Shown: in pieces, positions 31,280 to 40,586 of the stretch
How the letters are laid out: each line of letters begins with the position of its first letter
Numbering within the stretch: position 1 is the first letter of the stretch
Source of the DNA: Deltaproteobacteria bacterium
GTDB lineage: Bacteria > Desulfobacterota > Binatia > UBA12015
DNA length: 64,000 bases
Assembly (NCBI GenBank): GCA_046583355.1
Contig: JAYGCM010000034.1
Coordinates: forward strand, 1-64,000
Direction: 5' to 3'
Position numbers and translations under genes: made by a program
Notes under the pieces: model-generated
The model's input: the letters and a program-made list of their open reading frames with translations, nothing else
Told to the model about the DNA's origin: nothing
Databases searched by the model: none

Positions 31280-31636
31280 CTAGTCCTTTTCCCTTGCTTC
31301 CGCCTGCGTCCATCGCCGCGCGCGCATGGCCAGCAAAGCACTTCGTGCGTCGCCGTCCGGACGAACGCGAAGACCGGGCAATGATTTGCGGCCTTCAACA
31401 AAGAGTCGCTCGCAAGCCGTGTCCGGGTGCAGGTATGTACCGCGCCCATCGTGCTCGCGCCACTCCAGCGCCCGCGATCCCGCGCAGCGAGCAATCCGCT
31501 GCATGGAGGCGCGCTCGTCGCGCCGTCCGCAGCCTGCACAAATGCGCATGGCGCGATGCGGAAGCCGGCGCCCTTCGGGCCACGGCAAGCTCGCAACGCG
31601 TTGCGGCCGAGGCTTTTTGCGTCGTGCTCGACTCAA
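31280..31636 (-). CDS. ylxR: YlxR/DUF448 family protein
   Basis: RICAGCG, GRGTYLHPDTAC; between nusA and infB. Confidence 0.88.
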   Translation of the reverse strand: MSRARRKKPRPQRVASLPWPEGRRLPHRAMRICAGCGRRDERASMQRIARCAGSRALEWREHDGRGTYLHPDTACERLFVEGRKSLPGLRVRPDGDARSALLAMRARRWTQAEAREKD

Positions 31637-33012
31637 GCTGTCGGCTCCTCCGGCAGGTCGAGTAGCGCGTCACCCTCTGGTGCAGCGTCGCCCTCTGCAG
31701 CGGCCACACCGGCCGCCTCCGCCGCTGCGGCGGCCAGCACGGCGGCTGCCGCTGCGGCCTCCGCCTCGGCGACCTCTTCGACGGCGCGCAACTTGGCGGC
31801 CGCGACGATCGCGACCGCGCGCTCCACTTCGATTCCTTCGACCTCGGCGATCTCGATGGGCTCCGATTCCGCGACTTCGGCGACCAGTTTGTAGCCGTGC
31901 TGCATCAGCAATTCGGCCGTAACATCGCTTACGCCCTCGATCGTCATCAGGGCGGCACGAGCCTGGCGGACTTCTTCGTCAGCCTCGGACTCGCCCCGGA
32001 CATCCAACCGCCAGCCGGTCAGGCGAGAAGCAAGCGTGACGTTCTGACCACGCTTGCCGATCGCCAACGAGAGCTGGTCGTCGGGGACGATCACCTCCAT
32101 GGTATGCTCGTCTTCGTCCATGATGATCTTGGCGACCTTGGCCGGCGCGATGGCGCGGCAAACGAACTCGGCCGAATCGGCGATCCAGTGGACGATATCG
32201 ATTTTCTCGCCGCGCAATTCCTGCACGACGGCCTGCACGCGTGTTCCACGCATACCGACGCAAGCGCCGACGGGGTCGACATCGCGGTCATGCGAGACGA
32301 CGGCGATCTTGGCCCGGCCACCCGGCTCGCGTACGGCCGCTTTCACCTCGACGATACCCTCATAAATCTCCGGCACTTCCTGGCGGAAGAGCTCGATCAG
32401 GAGGTTCGGATGGGTGCGGCTGAGAATGATCTGCGGGCCTTTGGCGGTCAGGTCGACATCATAGATATAGGCGCGAATGCGGTCGTTCTGGCGGTAGCGC
32501 TCGCGCGGGATCTGCTCGCGCTCGGGCAGGATCGCATCGGTTCGACCCAGATTCACGATGATATTACGACGCTCGAAGCGTTGCACGATGCCCGAGAAGA
32601 GCTCGCCCTTACGGTCTTTGAATTCGTTATAGATGATCTCGCGCTCGGCATCGCGGACTTTTTGGATGATCGCCTGCTTGGCGGCCTGCGCGCCGATCCG
32701 GCCAAACCCCTTCTGGGGCAATTTGGCGAGGAATTCATCGCCCAGTTCAGCCTCTTCGTCGAAATCAGCGCGGGCTTGCTCCAGCGTGATTTCGCTCTCC
32801 GGGTCGCTGACCACATCGACCACGCGTTTGATCTCGAAGAGCTCGACCTCGCCGATTTCCGCGTTGAATTGCGCCTCAATCTGGCGCTCCGGGCCGAGCA
32901 AGCGGTGTGCTGCCTGCACCATCGCCTCTTCGATCGCCTCGATGATTATGGAGCGGTCGATCTGTTTCTCACGACTTACCTGGTCGATTACACGGCTGAG
33001 CTGAAGTTCCAT
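31633..33012 (-). CDS. nusA: Transcription termination factor NusA
   Basis: FGRIGAQAAKQ, S1, REPGGRAKIAV, DPVGACVG, LSLAIGKRGQNV, C-terminal HhH and Ala/Glu-rich tail. Confidence 0.98.
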   Translation of the reverse strand: MELQLSRVIDQVSREKQIDRSIIIEAIEEAMVQAAHRLLGPERQIEAQFNAEIGEVELFEIKRVVDVVSDPESEITLEQARADFDEEAELGDEFLAKLPQKGFGRIGAQAAKQAIIQKVRDAEREIIYNEFKDRKGELFSGIVQRFERRNIIVNLGRTDAILPEREQIPRERYRQNDRIRAYIYDVDLTAKGPQIILSRTHPNLLIELFRQEVPEIYEGIVEVKAAVREPGGRAKIAVVSHDRDVDPVGACVGMRGTRVQAVVQELRGEKIDIVHWIADSAEFVCRAIAPAKVAKIIMDEDEHTMEVIVPDDQLSLAIGKRGQNVTLASRLTGWRLDVRGESEADEEVRQARAALMTIEGVSDVTAELLMQHGYKLVAEVAESEPIEIAEVEGIEVERAVAIVAAAKLRAVEEVAEAEAAAAAAVLAAAAAEAAGVAAAEGDAAPEGDALLDLPEEPTA

Positions 33013-33024
33013 GCGTTGTCTCCC

Positions 33025-33525
33025 TCACGCACCCGGCGCGCTTTTATCCCGAAGGTCATTGTCGAAATTGTGTTCGTAATTCGCCTTCTCGATATTCGAG
33101 AAGGGAATCTCGGCTGCCGCCTCGGCCTCTCGGGCGACGAGCACGGCGGACTCTGTCACGCCTTGAATCGCACCGAGAAAGTTCCGTGCGCCATCTATGG
33201 CGTCGCGCGTCCGCAGGCGGACCAGCAGGCCCTGATGATCGAGGAAATCCTGTCGTCCCTTGAGGCGGCGGTTCACGCCCGGCGACGAACATTCCAGAGA
33301 ATACTCGCCCGGAACAGCCTCGTTGGCATCGAGAACAGCCTCGATCTCGTGGCTGGCACGGGCCAATTCCTCGAGGCCGACGCCGCCCTTTTTGTCGAGA
33401 AAGAGCCGCAGAACCGAGCGTTTTCCGGCCGGATTGTACTCGACGTCGACCAGACGCAGGCCGAGCTCGGCCGCAATGGGCTCAGCCCATTCGGTCACAC
33501 GCTCTATCAACCCACGATTGCTCAT
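33025..33525 (-). CDS. rimP: Ribosome maturation factor RimP
   Basis: LRLFLDK, YSLECSSPGVNR, IPFSNIEKAN; first gene of the nusA operon. Confidence 0.95.
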   Translation of the reverse strand: MSNRGLIERVTEWAEPIAAELGLRLVDVEYNPAGKRSVLRLFLDKKGGVGLEELARASHEIEAVLDANEAVPGEYSLECSSPGVNRRLKGRQDFLDHQGLLVRLRTRDAIDGARNFLGAIQGVTESAVLVAREAEAAAEIPFSNIEKANYEHNFDNDLRDKSAPGA

Positions 33526-33596
33526 TTCGATCCCCGAAAATCTGTACAAAGACGCCCGAACCAGATGCAGAACCAGCTTTTCTTCCGATTTTGAAG

Positions 33597-33624
33597 AAAA
33601 AAAAAGCGGGCCAAGGCCCACTTT
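33597..33624 (-). promoter_or_regulatory. rimP-nusA leader terminator/attenuator hairpin
   Basis: Minus strand AAAGTGGGC-CTTG-GCCCGCTTTTTTTTT: GC stem plus U9 tract about 70 nt upstream of the rimP start; typical rimP leader motif. Confidence 0.8.
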
Positions 33625-33703
33625 CAGTGACAGCCAATGTTCGGAAAAAGCCATCTAACACGGGCGCTTAGGCCTCGCAATCGAATCCCGCCTCAGGCGT
33701 CTC

Positions 33704-34180
33704 CTATTCGCTCTCTCGGTCATGCAGGGTCGTGAGTTCGATGATTTCCAGGTTGCGGCGGCCTTGCGGCGTCACCACCAGGACTTCATCGCCGACCTCG
33801 TGGTTCAGCAGGGCGCGTCCGATCGGCGAGCCGATCGAAATCTGCCCGTCCGTGCCATCGACCTCCTCGGGGAAAAGCACTTTAAAGGTTGTCTCCGCCC
33901 CCGTATTGGCATCCTCGCAGACCACGGTGCTGCCATAGGAAACACGATTGCGAGGCAGCCGGGCCAGAGAATAGGCCGCGAGTTCGCTCACACGGGCCTG
34001 GAGTGCTCCCAGGCGCGCGCGGACCAAAGCCTGACGGTTCTTTGCGGCGTCGTATTCCGCGTTCTCGCGCAGGTCGCCATGCGCGGCGGCCTCCTCCAGA
34101 CGCTTGGGCAATTCGTGTTTCACTTCATGTTGCAGGGTCGCAAGCTCGCTGCGCAATCGCGTGACAATCGGCAATTCCAT
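33704..34180 (-). CDS. greA: GreA/GreB family transcription elongation factor
   Basis: AAHGDLRENAEYDAAK, VSYGSTV, ISIGSPIGRALL. Confidence 0.92.
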   Translation of the reverse strand: MELPIVTRLRSELATLQHEVKHELPKRLEEAAAHGDLRENAEYDAAKNRQALVRARLGALQARVSELAAYSLARLPRNRVSYGSTVVCEDANTGAETTFKVLFPEEVDGTDGQISIGSPIGRALLNHEVGDEVLVVTPQGRRNLEIIELTTLHDRESE

Positions 34181-34239
34181 GGGCAGGCCTTGTAGCCCTT
34201 TTCCCTCGCCACCGCACCCGCCCGGCTGCGGTGGACGGC

Positions 34240-34380
34240 TTATTCGCGCAAACGCCCGCTATAAGAGGTCGCGTTGTCGGAGAGCCAGCGCAGGGCGTCC
34301 TCGGACCAAGGCGTCTCGCCCGTCTGGAACCAATACATAAAGCCTGCACCGCAAGCGGCGCCTAGCAGAAACCGAATCAT
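34240..34380 (-). CDS. Small single-pass membrane protein (46 aa), below the ORF-track cutoff
   Basis: MIRFLLGAACGAGFMYWFQTGETPWSEDALRWLSDNATSYSGRLRE; G-rich sequence upstream; fills the greA-comF gap. Confidence 0.65.
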   Translation of the reverse strand: MIRFLLGAACGAGFMYWFQTGETPWSEDALRWLSDNATSYSGRLRE

Positions 34381-34467
34381 CCCCGTCCACCCATCCCCGT
34401 ATGTCGCTCAGCCCATCGCGTTGCGAAGCTCTCTTGACCCGATGTGGCGACCCAGCCATGCCGCATC

Positions 34468-35178
34468 ATGCGGCAAATCTTAGAGGTTTCGCTCAGTCTT
34501 CTCTACCCTCCGCAATGCGCGTTCTGCCGCCGTGCGATGCATGCCCTCGGCCCGCCGCGGCTCTGCGGTGCCTGCCGGCGCGCTCTGGCCTCGATCCCGG
34601 CACCCTGCCCCTTTTGCGCCGAGCCTCTGCGCGGCCTGCGCTGCGCCCCGTGCGCGCTCCAGCCGCCGCCCTTCCGGCATGCCCGGGCGCTCTTTCTCTA
34701 TGCACCCGGCACGCCGGGCCGCCGGGCAATTCAGCGCTGGAAGACAGGTCGCGACCGCCTCTTGGGCCATGCCTTGGCCCGCTATTTTGCCAGCCGATTG
34801 GGCGACGTATCGCCCGATTATGATGCCTTGGTGCCCGTCCCCGGTGGTCATCTGCGCCGTGCCTGGCGCGGCTTCGAGACCGCTATCGTACTCTGCCAGG
34901 CGCTGTCGCGCCGATCGGGTGGTTTGCCGATCCTGCCAGGGGCGCTGCGCCGCGGACTCACCTTCACGCCACGATTCGGCCACCGTTCGCGCCGCATGCG
35001 TAGCCAGGAGGCTGGCTCGCTCTACCGCAGTGGGCGAATGCAGCTGCCGCCCAACGCGCGCATTCTCCTTGTCGATGATGTGATGACCAGCCAGGCGAGT
35101 GCACGTGCCGCCACCAGATTGCTGCGCGCGGCAGGTGCACGCTTCGTCGATGTCGCCGTTTTGGCCCGCGCTACTTGA
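34468..35178 (+). CDS. ComF family protein (double zinc ribbon + PRTase-like)
   Basis: LLYPPQCAFC, LCGAC, CPFC, CAPC, LVPVP, ILLVDDVMTS. Confidence 0.88.
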   Translation: MRQILEVSLSLLYPPQCAFCRRAMHALGPPRLCGACRRALASIPAPCPFCAEPLRGLRCAPCALQPPPFRHARALFLYAPGTPGRRAIQRWKTGRDRLLGHALARYFASRLGDVSPDYDALVPVPGGHLRRAWRGFETAIVLCQALSRRSGGLPILPGALRRGLTFTPRFGHRSRRMRSQEAGSLYRSGRMQLPPNARILLVDDVMTSQASARAATRLLRAAGARFVDVAVLARAT

Positions 35179-35245
35179 ACTCCGGCCTCCAACGCGCAAC
35201 AAAGTTGAGGCGCAACGGGTCCAGATTACGGATCAGAGCGTCGCG

Positions 35246-35863
35246 ATGAGGCGTGTGATGAATCTTGGAGTGTTGATATCGGGCCGGGGGAGCAACCTTG
35301 TGGCAATCCTCGACGCGGCTGCGCAAGGGCTTCTTCAATCGAAGATTTCCCTGGTCGTCAGCAACCGGGCCGGTGCCGCCGGCCTGGAACGCGCCGCCGC
35401 CGTGGGTGTCCCCACCTGCACCCTGCCGCACGGCGAATTCTCGTCACGCCTTCTTTTTGAAGAGGCCTTGGTCGCAGCCTTGCTCGCCGCGAAGGTCGAT
35501 ACGATCGCCCTGGCCGGCTTTGATCGCATTGTGACCGCGACCCTTCTCGACGCATTTCCCGACCGCGTGGTGAATATCCACCCGGCCCTGCTGCCGGCCT
35601 TCCCGGGCCTGCATGCGCAAAAGCAGGCGCTGGAGCACGGCGCGCGGGTCAGCGGCGCTACGGTTCATTTCGTTGACGAGAAAATGGATCACGGCCCGAT
35701 CATCGCGCAAGCCGTCGTCGCGGTCGCAGACGACGACACCGAAGAGTCCCTCGCCGCGCGAATTCTGGCCGAAGAACATCGCCTCTACCCGGCCGCGTTG
35801 CAGGCTCTGGCCGCCGGTGCGCTGCGCCGGCATGGGCGGCGCGTATCCGGAGGGCCGCGCTGA
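35246..35863 (+). CDS. purN: Phosphoribosylglycinamide formyltransferase
   Basis: LISGRGSNL, LAGF, NIHPALLPAFPG, GATVHFV, DHGPII, EEHRLY. Confidence 0.97.
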   Translation: MRRVMNLGVLISGRGSNLVAILDAAAQGLLQSKISLVVSNRAGAAGLERAAAVGVPTCTLPHGEFSSRLLFEEALVAALLAAKVDTIALAGFDRIVTATLLDAFPDRVVNIHPALLPAFPGLHAQKQALEHGARVSGATVHFVDEKMDHGPIIAQAVVAVADDDTEESLAARILAEEHRLYPAALQALAAGALRRHGRRVSGGPR

Positions 35864-35864
35864 G

Positions 35865-37343
35865 ATGACGATACCATTCCAAAGTGCCCGGGCCGCCGAG
35901 GTGCGGCGCCTGCGCGAAAAAGGTGCGCTCCAGGAAGCTCTCGACCTATTCCCCCATATCGAAGAAGACGACGATGGCTGGAACGATCTCGAACTCGTGG
36001 GCGAGTTGGCGCGAGCCCATTCGCTGGCGGGAGACGAGCAAGGCGTGGTGCGCTTTTTTCAGCGTTGCGCCGATCTGAACCCGGGTCGCGCCGCCCTCTA
36101 CCGCTGCCAGGTCGGCTGGTTCTACCAACGGCGCAAAAATTGGGCTCGCGCGCTGCGTTGGTACGAGGAAGCACTCGAGACTTTCCCCAACTACCACCTC
36201 TGTCTCTTCCGTAAGGGCTATTGCCTCGAACGTCAGCATCGCCCACGCGCCGCGGCCGCGGCCTGTGCCGCCGCCGCCGAGGTATTCGAGAAAAGCGACG
36301 CCGACCAGCGCGCACGCTCGCTGGGAATCCAGATTCAGAACCTCTTTCATCTCTCGCGCAACCTGCGCGAAACCGGCGCGACGGCCGCGGCACGCGCGGC
36401 GCTGGAAAAATGCGACCTACTCGACACCGGCCCCGAGAACATCATTCGACGCGAACACCGCCTGGCGAGCCGCGCCGAGATTGCGCTGGCGGAGAACCTC
36501 CCCGCGGAGGCTGTCGCGGACCTGGAGGCGGCACGCAAGATGGAGAACCGCTCGGCCGTATTATGGGAGCGACTCGGGCGCGCCTACCACGCCCTGGGGC
36601 GCCCCACCGATGCCGAGGCTGCGCTGCGCCACGCGACCCGATTACCCAAAGGCGCGGTTTCGCTGGTGGCACTCGCCCGCTTCCTACGCGCCGAGAAACG
36701 CCTGGTAGAATGTGCCGAAACCCTGCACCAAGGCCTGCGCGAACACCCCAAGGGCGAGGTTCAGCTTCGCCTGGAATCGGCGCGCTTGGAGCTGGCTTTG
36801 GACCGGCCCGGCAAGGCCCTGGCAATCCTCGAGCGCCTCAATGCCGGGCGTGTGCAGGCGGGTTCGACCCAAGCCGTTGCGATCGAATCCGCCATCGGCG
36901 CGCTGCACGCCAGCCACGGCGACTTCGCACGCGCTCTGCCCTACCTCGAGGCAGCCGCGGCCCAGGAAAGTGCCCACGACGACACCCGACAGGCCTTGGC
37001 GGAGGCGCGTGCCAGCGCTGCGGCCGGCCCGCTCAACGTCCAGCCGATGCAGGACGCGCCTTTACCCGCCCCCATCGCGGCGGTTCTCGAACGCGCGCCG
37101 CAACGCATCGAGGGGGAAGTGGTCTCGTACTTCGCCGACCGCGGTTTCGGCTTTGTCGCGCACGGCGAAAAGCGCGATACGATCTTTTTCCACGTCAGCC
37201 AATGCCAAGGCCTCGACGGCGGCCTGCCCGAACCCGGCCAGGCCGTGACGTTCTTTCTCGCCCGCAACCGCCGCAATGGCAAGAGCCAGGCCGAAGAAAT
37301 TCTTCCCCGTGTCCGCGTGCAGGCCGCGACTTCAGCCGGCTGA
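35865..37343 (+). CDS. TPR-repeat protein with C-terminal cold-shock (CSD) domain
   Basis: Many TPR-like helical repeats, then EGEVVSYFADRGFGFV...IFFHVSQ...GQAVTF...GKSQAEEI (RNP1/RNP2). ATG 1 nt after the purN stop. Confidence 0.85.
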   Translation: MTIPFQSARAAEVRRLREKGALQEALDLFPHIEEDDDGWNDLELVGELARAHSLAGDEQGVVRFFQRCADLNPGRAALYRCQVGWFYQRRKNWARALRWYEEALETFPNYHLCLFRKGYCLERQHRPRAAAAACAAAAEVFEKSDADQRARSLGIQIQNLFHLSRNLRETGATAAARAALEKCDLLDTGPENIIRREHRLASRAEIALAENLPAEAVADLEAARKMENRSAVLWERLGRAYHALGRPTDAEAALRHATRLPKGAVSLVALARFLRAEKRLVECAETLHQGLREHPKGEVQLRLESARLELALDRPGKALAILERLNAGRVQAGSTQAVAIESAIGALHASHGDFARALPYLEAAAAQESAHDDTRQALAEARASAAAGPLNVQPMQDAPLPAPIAAVLERAPQRIEGEVVSYFADRGFGFVAHGEKRDTIFFHVSQCQGLDGGLPEPGQAVTFFLARNRRNGKSQAEEILPRVRVQAATSAG

Positions 37344-37358
37344 AGAGCGATCCAACGC

Positions 37359-38072
37359 CTACCGAATGCCGCCCCTGCTTCGCGGTGCCGGATCATAGAT
37401 TTGCGCGAGCCGCGCCGGCGAGACGCCGACAAAATACGCCAGGCGAAGAGCCCACATCAGAACGATGGTGCGCCACACGCCATGCGTCTCCCAGCGCCGT
37501 GACGAGGTCTGCACCCGCGAGCGCAAGGCGGCCGAAGGCCCCAGGCGGCGCATGCGGCGGGTGAGTTCGATATCCTCCATCAACTCCTGCTCCGGATAGC
37601 CACCTAGTCGAGCGAAGGTTTCACGGCGCAGGAAGATTGCCTGGTCGCCGGTCGCGATGCCGGTCCAGCGAGAGCGTTGGTTCATCAGGAAGGCGACGAT
37701 TCGCATGGCGAAACGCGGGTCGGAGAAGCGCACATCGAAACGACCGCCGGGCACCCTCGGATCGGCCAGAGCCCCGACAATCACTTCACCGAAAGCCTCC
37801 GGCAGCAAGGAATCGGCGTGAAGAAAAAGAAGAATCTGCCCGCGTGCGAGGCGCGCGCCGGCGTTCATCTGACGGGCACGTCCGGGCGCCGACTCGAGAA
37901 CCGTTGCGCCGAGGCGTTGCGCGATCGCGACGGTATCGTCGTGGCTATTCGCATCCACAACGATGATTTCGAGGGTCTGCGGACTGCGCGCACTCGCGAT
38001 CGTCGCAGCAATTCCCGCCGCCTCGTTGCGACTCGGAATGATAATCGAGATGGCAGGTTCCGGGCCACTCAC
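37359..38072 (-). CDS. GT2 glycosyltransferase (TIGR04283-like)
   Basis: ISIIIPSRNE, GRARQMNAGA, LLFLHADS, TGDQAIF, LMEDIEL, TSSRRW; GTGA overlap with the pyrD stop. Confidence 0.9.
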   Translation of the reverse strand: MSGPEPAISIIIPSRNEAAGIAATIASARSPQTLEIIVVDANSHDDTVAIAQRLGATVLESAPGRARQMNAGARLARGQILLFLHADSLLPEAFGEVIVGALADPRVPGGRFDVRFSDPRFAMRIVAFLMNQRSRWTGIATGDQAIFLRRETFARLGGYPEQELMEDIELTRRMRRLGPSAALRSRVQTSSRRWETHGVWRTIVLMWALRLAYFVGVSPARLAQIYDPAPRSRGGIR

Positions 38073-39178
38073 GCCGCGGCGCATCCGGCCTTGCCGGCGC
38101 GGAGCGCATCGCGCAGAGCGGCGAAATCCGCCAACCCCCGGCCTGCGATCTCGCGTTCGATATCGGCCGCGATCCGCGCCGCGAGACGCGGTCCCTGGTA
38201 GATAAGGCCGGTGTAGAGGCCCACCAGATCCGCGCCGGCGGCGATACGCCGCAATGCGTCCTCGACGCAGAAGACACCGCCGACACCGATAATACCGGGT
38301 TGCGGACCCACGGCATCGCGCAATCGGGCGATGCATGCATCGGCACGCGCGGCCAAGGGCCCGCCCGACAAACCGCCGGTCTCGCCTGCGTGCATGCCGT
38401 CGATCCCCTCGCGCCCGATCGTAGTATTGACTGCAATCAGGCCGCGGGCCCCGGCCGCGAGCGCGGCTTGCCCGACCTCGCCGAGTTCTTGATCGGCCAG
38501 GTCAGGGGCCAGTTTCACAAAAACCGGCGGCACCGCCCTGCCCGCGCGACCCGTCCCGGCCTCAGCAACCACCGCCTGGACCAGCCGCGTCAGCCGCTCC
38601 GGAGCCTGGAGATCGCGCAAACCGGGCGTATTCGGCGAGCTGACATTCACCGCCAGATAGTCTGCAAAGCGAGCCAGGTGGCGCACGGAGCCTCGAATAT
38701 CGTCGAGTTCCCGAGCCTCATCACCCATTGCCGCGCGCGAGCAGCCGACGTTGAGGCCAAGCGGGATGCCCGCCGGACGGCGCAGCGTCGCGGCGAGCCG
38801 ATGCGCGACACGCTCGGCGCCCTCGCTATTGAACCCCATGCGATTGATCACGGCGCGGTACTCCGGGAGCCGGAAGATCCGCGGCCGGGGATTGCCGGGT
38901 TGCGCCTGACCGGTCACCGTTCCCAGTTCAGCGAATCCGAAGCCGAGGGTTGCCCAGAGGTGTGGTGCCACGCCGTTTTTGTCGAAGCCCGCAGCAAGAC
39001 CGATGGGTGTCGGGAAGCTCAGCCCGCAGACCTCTTGGCGCAGCGCGGGGGCCGTGTGTGCCGGGCCGGCCAATAGGGGAAGCCCCACTTCCGCGAGCCT
39101 GGCGGCGCGCAATGCGGCATGATGCATCGTCTCGGCATCCACCTGGAAAAACAGGCGACGCAGCATCCCGTAGACCAT
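38069..39178 (-). CDS. pyrD: Quinone-dependent dihydroorotate dehydrogenase
   Basis: GLAAGFDKN, QPGNPRPRIFRL, INRMGFNS, NVSSPNTPGLR, GGLSG. Confidence 0.96.
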   Translation of the reverse strand: MVYGMLRRLFFQVDAETMHHAALRAARLAEVGLPLLAGPAHTAPALRQEVCGLSFPTPIGLAAGFDKNGVAPHLWATLGFGFAELGTVTGQAQPGNPRPRIFRLPEYRAVINRMGFNSEGAERVAHRLAATLRRPAGIPLGLNVGCSRAAMGDEARELDDIRGSVRHLARFADYLAVNVSSPNTPGLRDLQAPERLTRLVQAVVAEAGTGRAGRAVPPVFVKLAPDLADQELGEVGQAALAAGARGLIAVNTTIGREGIDGMHAGETGGLSGGPLAARADACIARLRDAVGPQPGIIGVGGVFCVEDALRRIAAGADLVGLYTGLIYQGPRLAARIAADIEREIAGRGLADFAALRDALRAGKAGCAAA

Positions 39179-39183
39179 TTCGC

Positions 39184-39444
39184 TCAGGCCCGCCCCAGCA
39201 GTTCATCGAGTTCCCCACCTGCGGCCAGGGCAGCTAGCTCGTCGAAGCCGCCGATTCCTTTGCCGTCAATGAAGATCTGCGGGACCGTCGAGCGCCCGGC
39301 GGCCATCTCCCGGAGTCGGGCGCGCTCGGCCGGTTGGCCCGTGAGGTCGATTTCCGTGAACGAAACCTCCATTTTTGCCAGAAGATTCTTTGCCGCGTGG
39401 CAATAGGAGCAATACGCGGTCGCGTAGACGAGGACCTCAGCCAT
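39184..39444 (-). CDS. grxC: Glutaredoxin 3-like
   Basis: MAEVLVY..CSYC..AK, TVPQIFIDG, IGGFDEL. Confidence 0.9.
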   Translation of the reverse strand: MAEVLVYATAYCSYCHAAKNLLAKMEVSFTEIDLTGQPAERARLREMAAGRSTVPQIFIDGKGIGGFDELAALAAGGELDELLGRA

Positions 39445-39498
39445 ACCCCTTCGCCTACTCATCCCGGCGCATGCCGGCAAATAGCAAGGATCGACAAA

Positions 39499-40287
39499 AT
39501 GATGGATGCGTTCGAACGATTGGTAGACCTCATGCAACGTCTGCGCGCCGAGGACGGCTGCCCATGGGACCGCGAGCAAACGCATGCCTCGATCCGGCGC
39601 TACGTGATCGAGGAGGCCTACGAGGTGGCCGAGGCGATCGACCAGGGCGACCCCGACGAGCTGCGCCTCGAGCTGGGCGATCTGCTTCTGCAAGTGGTCT
39701 TCCATGCGCGCATGGCCGAGGAGGCCGGCGAGTTCGATATCGCCGGGGTCTGCGAAGGCATTGTCGCCAAGATGGAGCGGCGCCACCCCCATGTTTTCGG
39801 CGATACCGAGGTCGCCGATGCGGCCGAGGTCAGCCTGAACTGGGAGGCGATCAAGGCCCGCGAACGCGGCGCTGACGCCTCGGCGCTCGATGGTGTGCCC
39901 AAGAGTATGCCCGCGCTCCAGCGAGCCGAGCGAATCGGCGAGAAGGCGGCAAAATCGGGCTTCGACTGGCCCAATGCCCGCGCCGTGCTAGCGAAAGTAG
40001 CCGAGGAGAGTACGGAGCTCGAGGAGGCGATTGCCGCAGGCGACCGCTTGGGGCGTGCTGCTGAGTTCGGCGATCTGCTCTTTTCGCTGGTGAATCTGGC
40101 CCGTCAGCTCGAGATCGACCCCGAACAAGCGCTGGTCGGGACGGTTCAGCGCTTCGAAGCACGGTTCCGCCACGCCGAGGCAGCAGCGCGCGGCACCGGC
40201 CGAGCCCTTCGGTCCCTCTCGGAGAAAGAGCGCGACACCCTGTGGGAAGCGGCCAAAAAGGCCCAGCAGACACCGCCTGGACGTTGA
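39499..40287 (+). CDS. mazG: Nucleoside triphosphate pyrophosphohydrolase MazG
   Basis: GCPWDREQTH, EEAYEV, ELGDLLLQVVFH, RRHPHVFG, GFDWP, EFGDLLF. Confidence 0.96.
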   Translation: MMDAFERLVDLMQRLRAEDGCPWDREQTHASIRRYVIEEAYEVAEAIDQGDPDELRLELGDLLLQVVFHARMAEEAGEFDIAGVCEGIVAKMERRHPHVFGDTEVADAAEVSLNWEAIKARERGADASALDGVPKSMPALQRAERIGEKAAKSGFDWPNARAVLAKVAEESTELEEAIAAGDRLGRAAEFGDLLFSLVNLARQLEIDPEQALVGTVQRFEARFRHAEAAARGTGRALRSLSEKERDTLWEAAKKAQQTPPGR

Positions 40288-40319
40288 AAGACGGGTCGCG
40301 GACCGTTACGTGACCCCCC

Positions 40320-40580
40320 ATGGCGAACCATCCTTCGGCTCTCAAGCGGCATCGGCAATCCGTGAAGCGCGCAGAGCGCAATACAGCGATCCGCACCAAT
40401 GTGCGTAACGCGATCAAGAAGCTCCGCGTTGCGGTCGAGGCCGGCGACAAAGTCACCGCTCAGACGAATCTACGCGAAGTGGAAAAAAAGCTCCGCAAAG
40501 CTTCGTCAAAGGGCGTCTACCACGCCAACAGCGCCTCGCGCCGTGTGTCGCGCTTGGCGCGCGCCACCAACGCGCTCTAA
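40320..40580 (+). CDS. rpsT: 30S ribosomal protein S20
   Basis: MANHPSALKRHRQ, KGVYHANSASRRVSRL. Confidence 0.97.
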   Translation: MANHPSALKRHRQSVKRAERNTAIRTNVRNAIKKLRVAVEAGDKVTAQTNLREVEKKLRKASSKGVYHANSASRRVSRLARATNAL

Positions 40581-40586
40581 GCTGTC

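Noticed and set aside
31276..31596. N-terminal extension of the 1037-aa infB ORF
   Set aside because: Overlaps ylxR in another frame; IF2 homology begins at [11 protein letters not shown] (31275).
39184..39792. 202-aa extension of glutaredoxin
   Set aside because: The extension is the antisense shadow of mazG; the true start is 39444.
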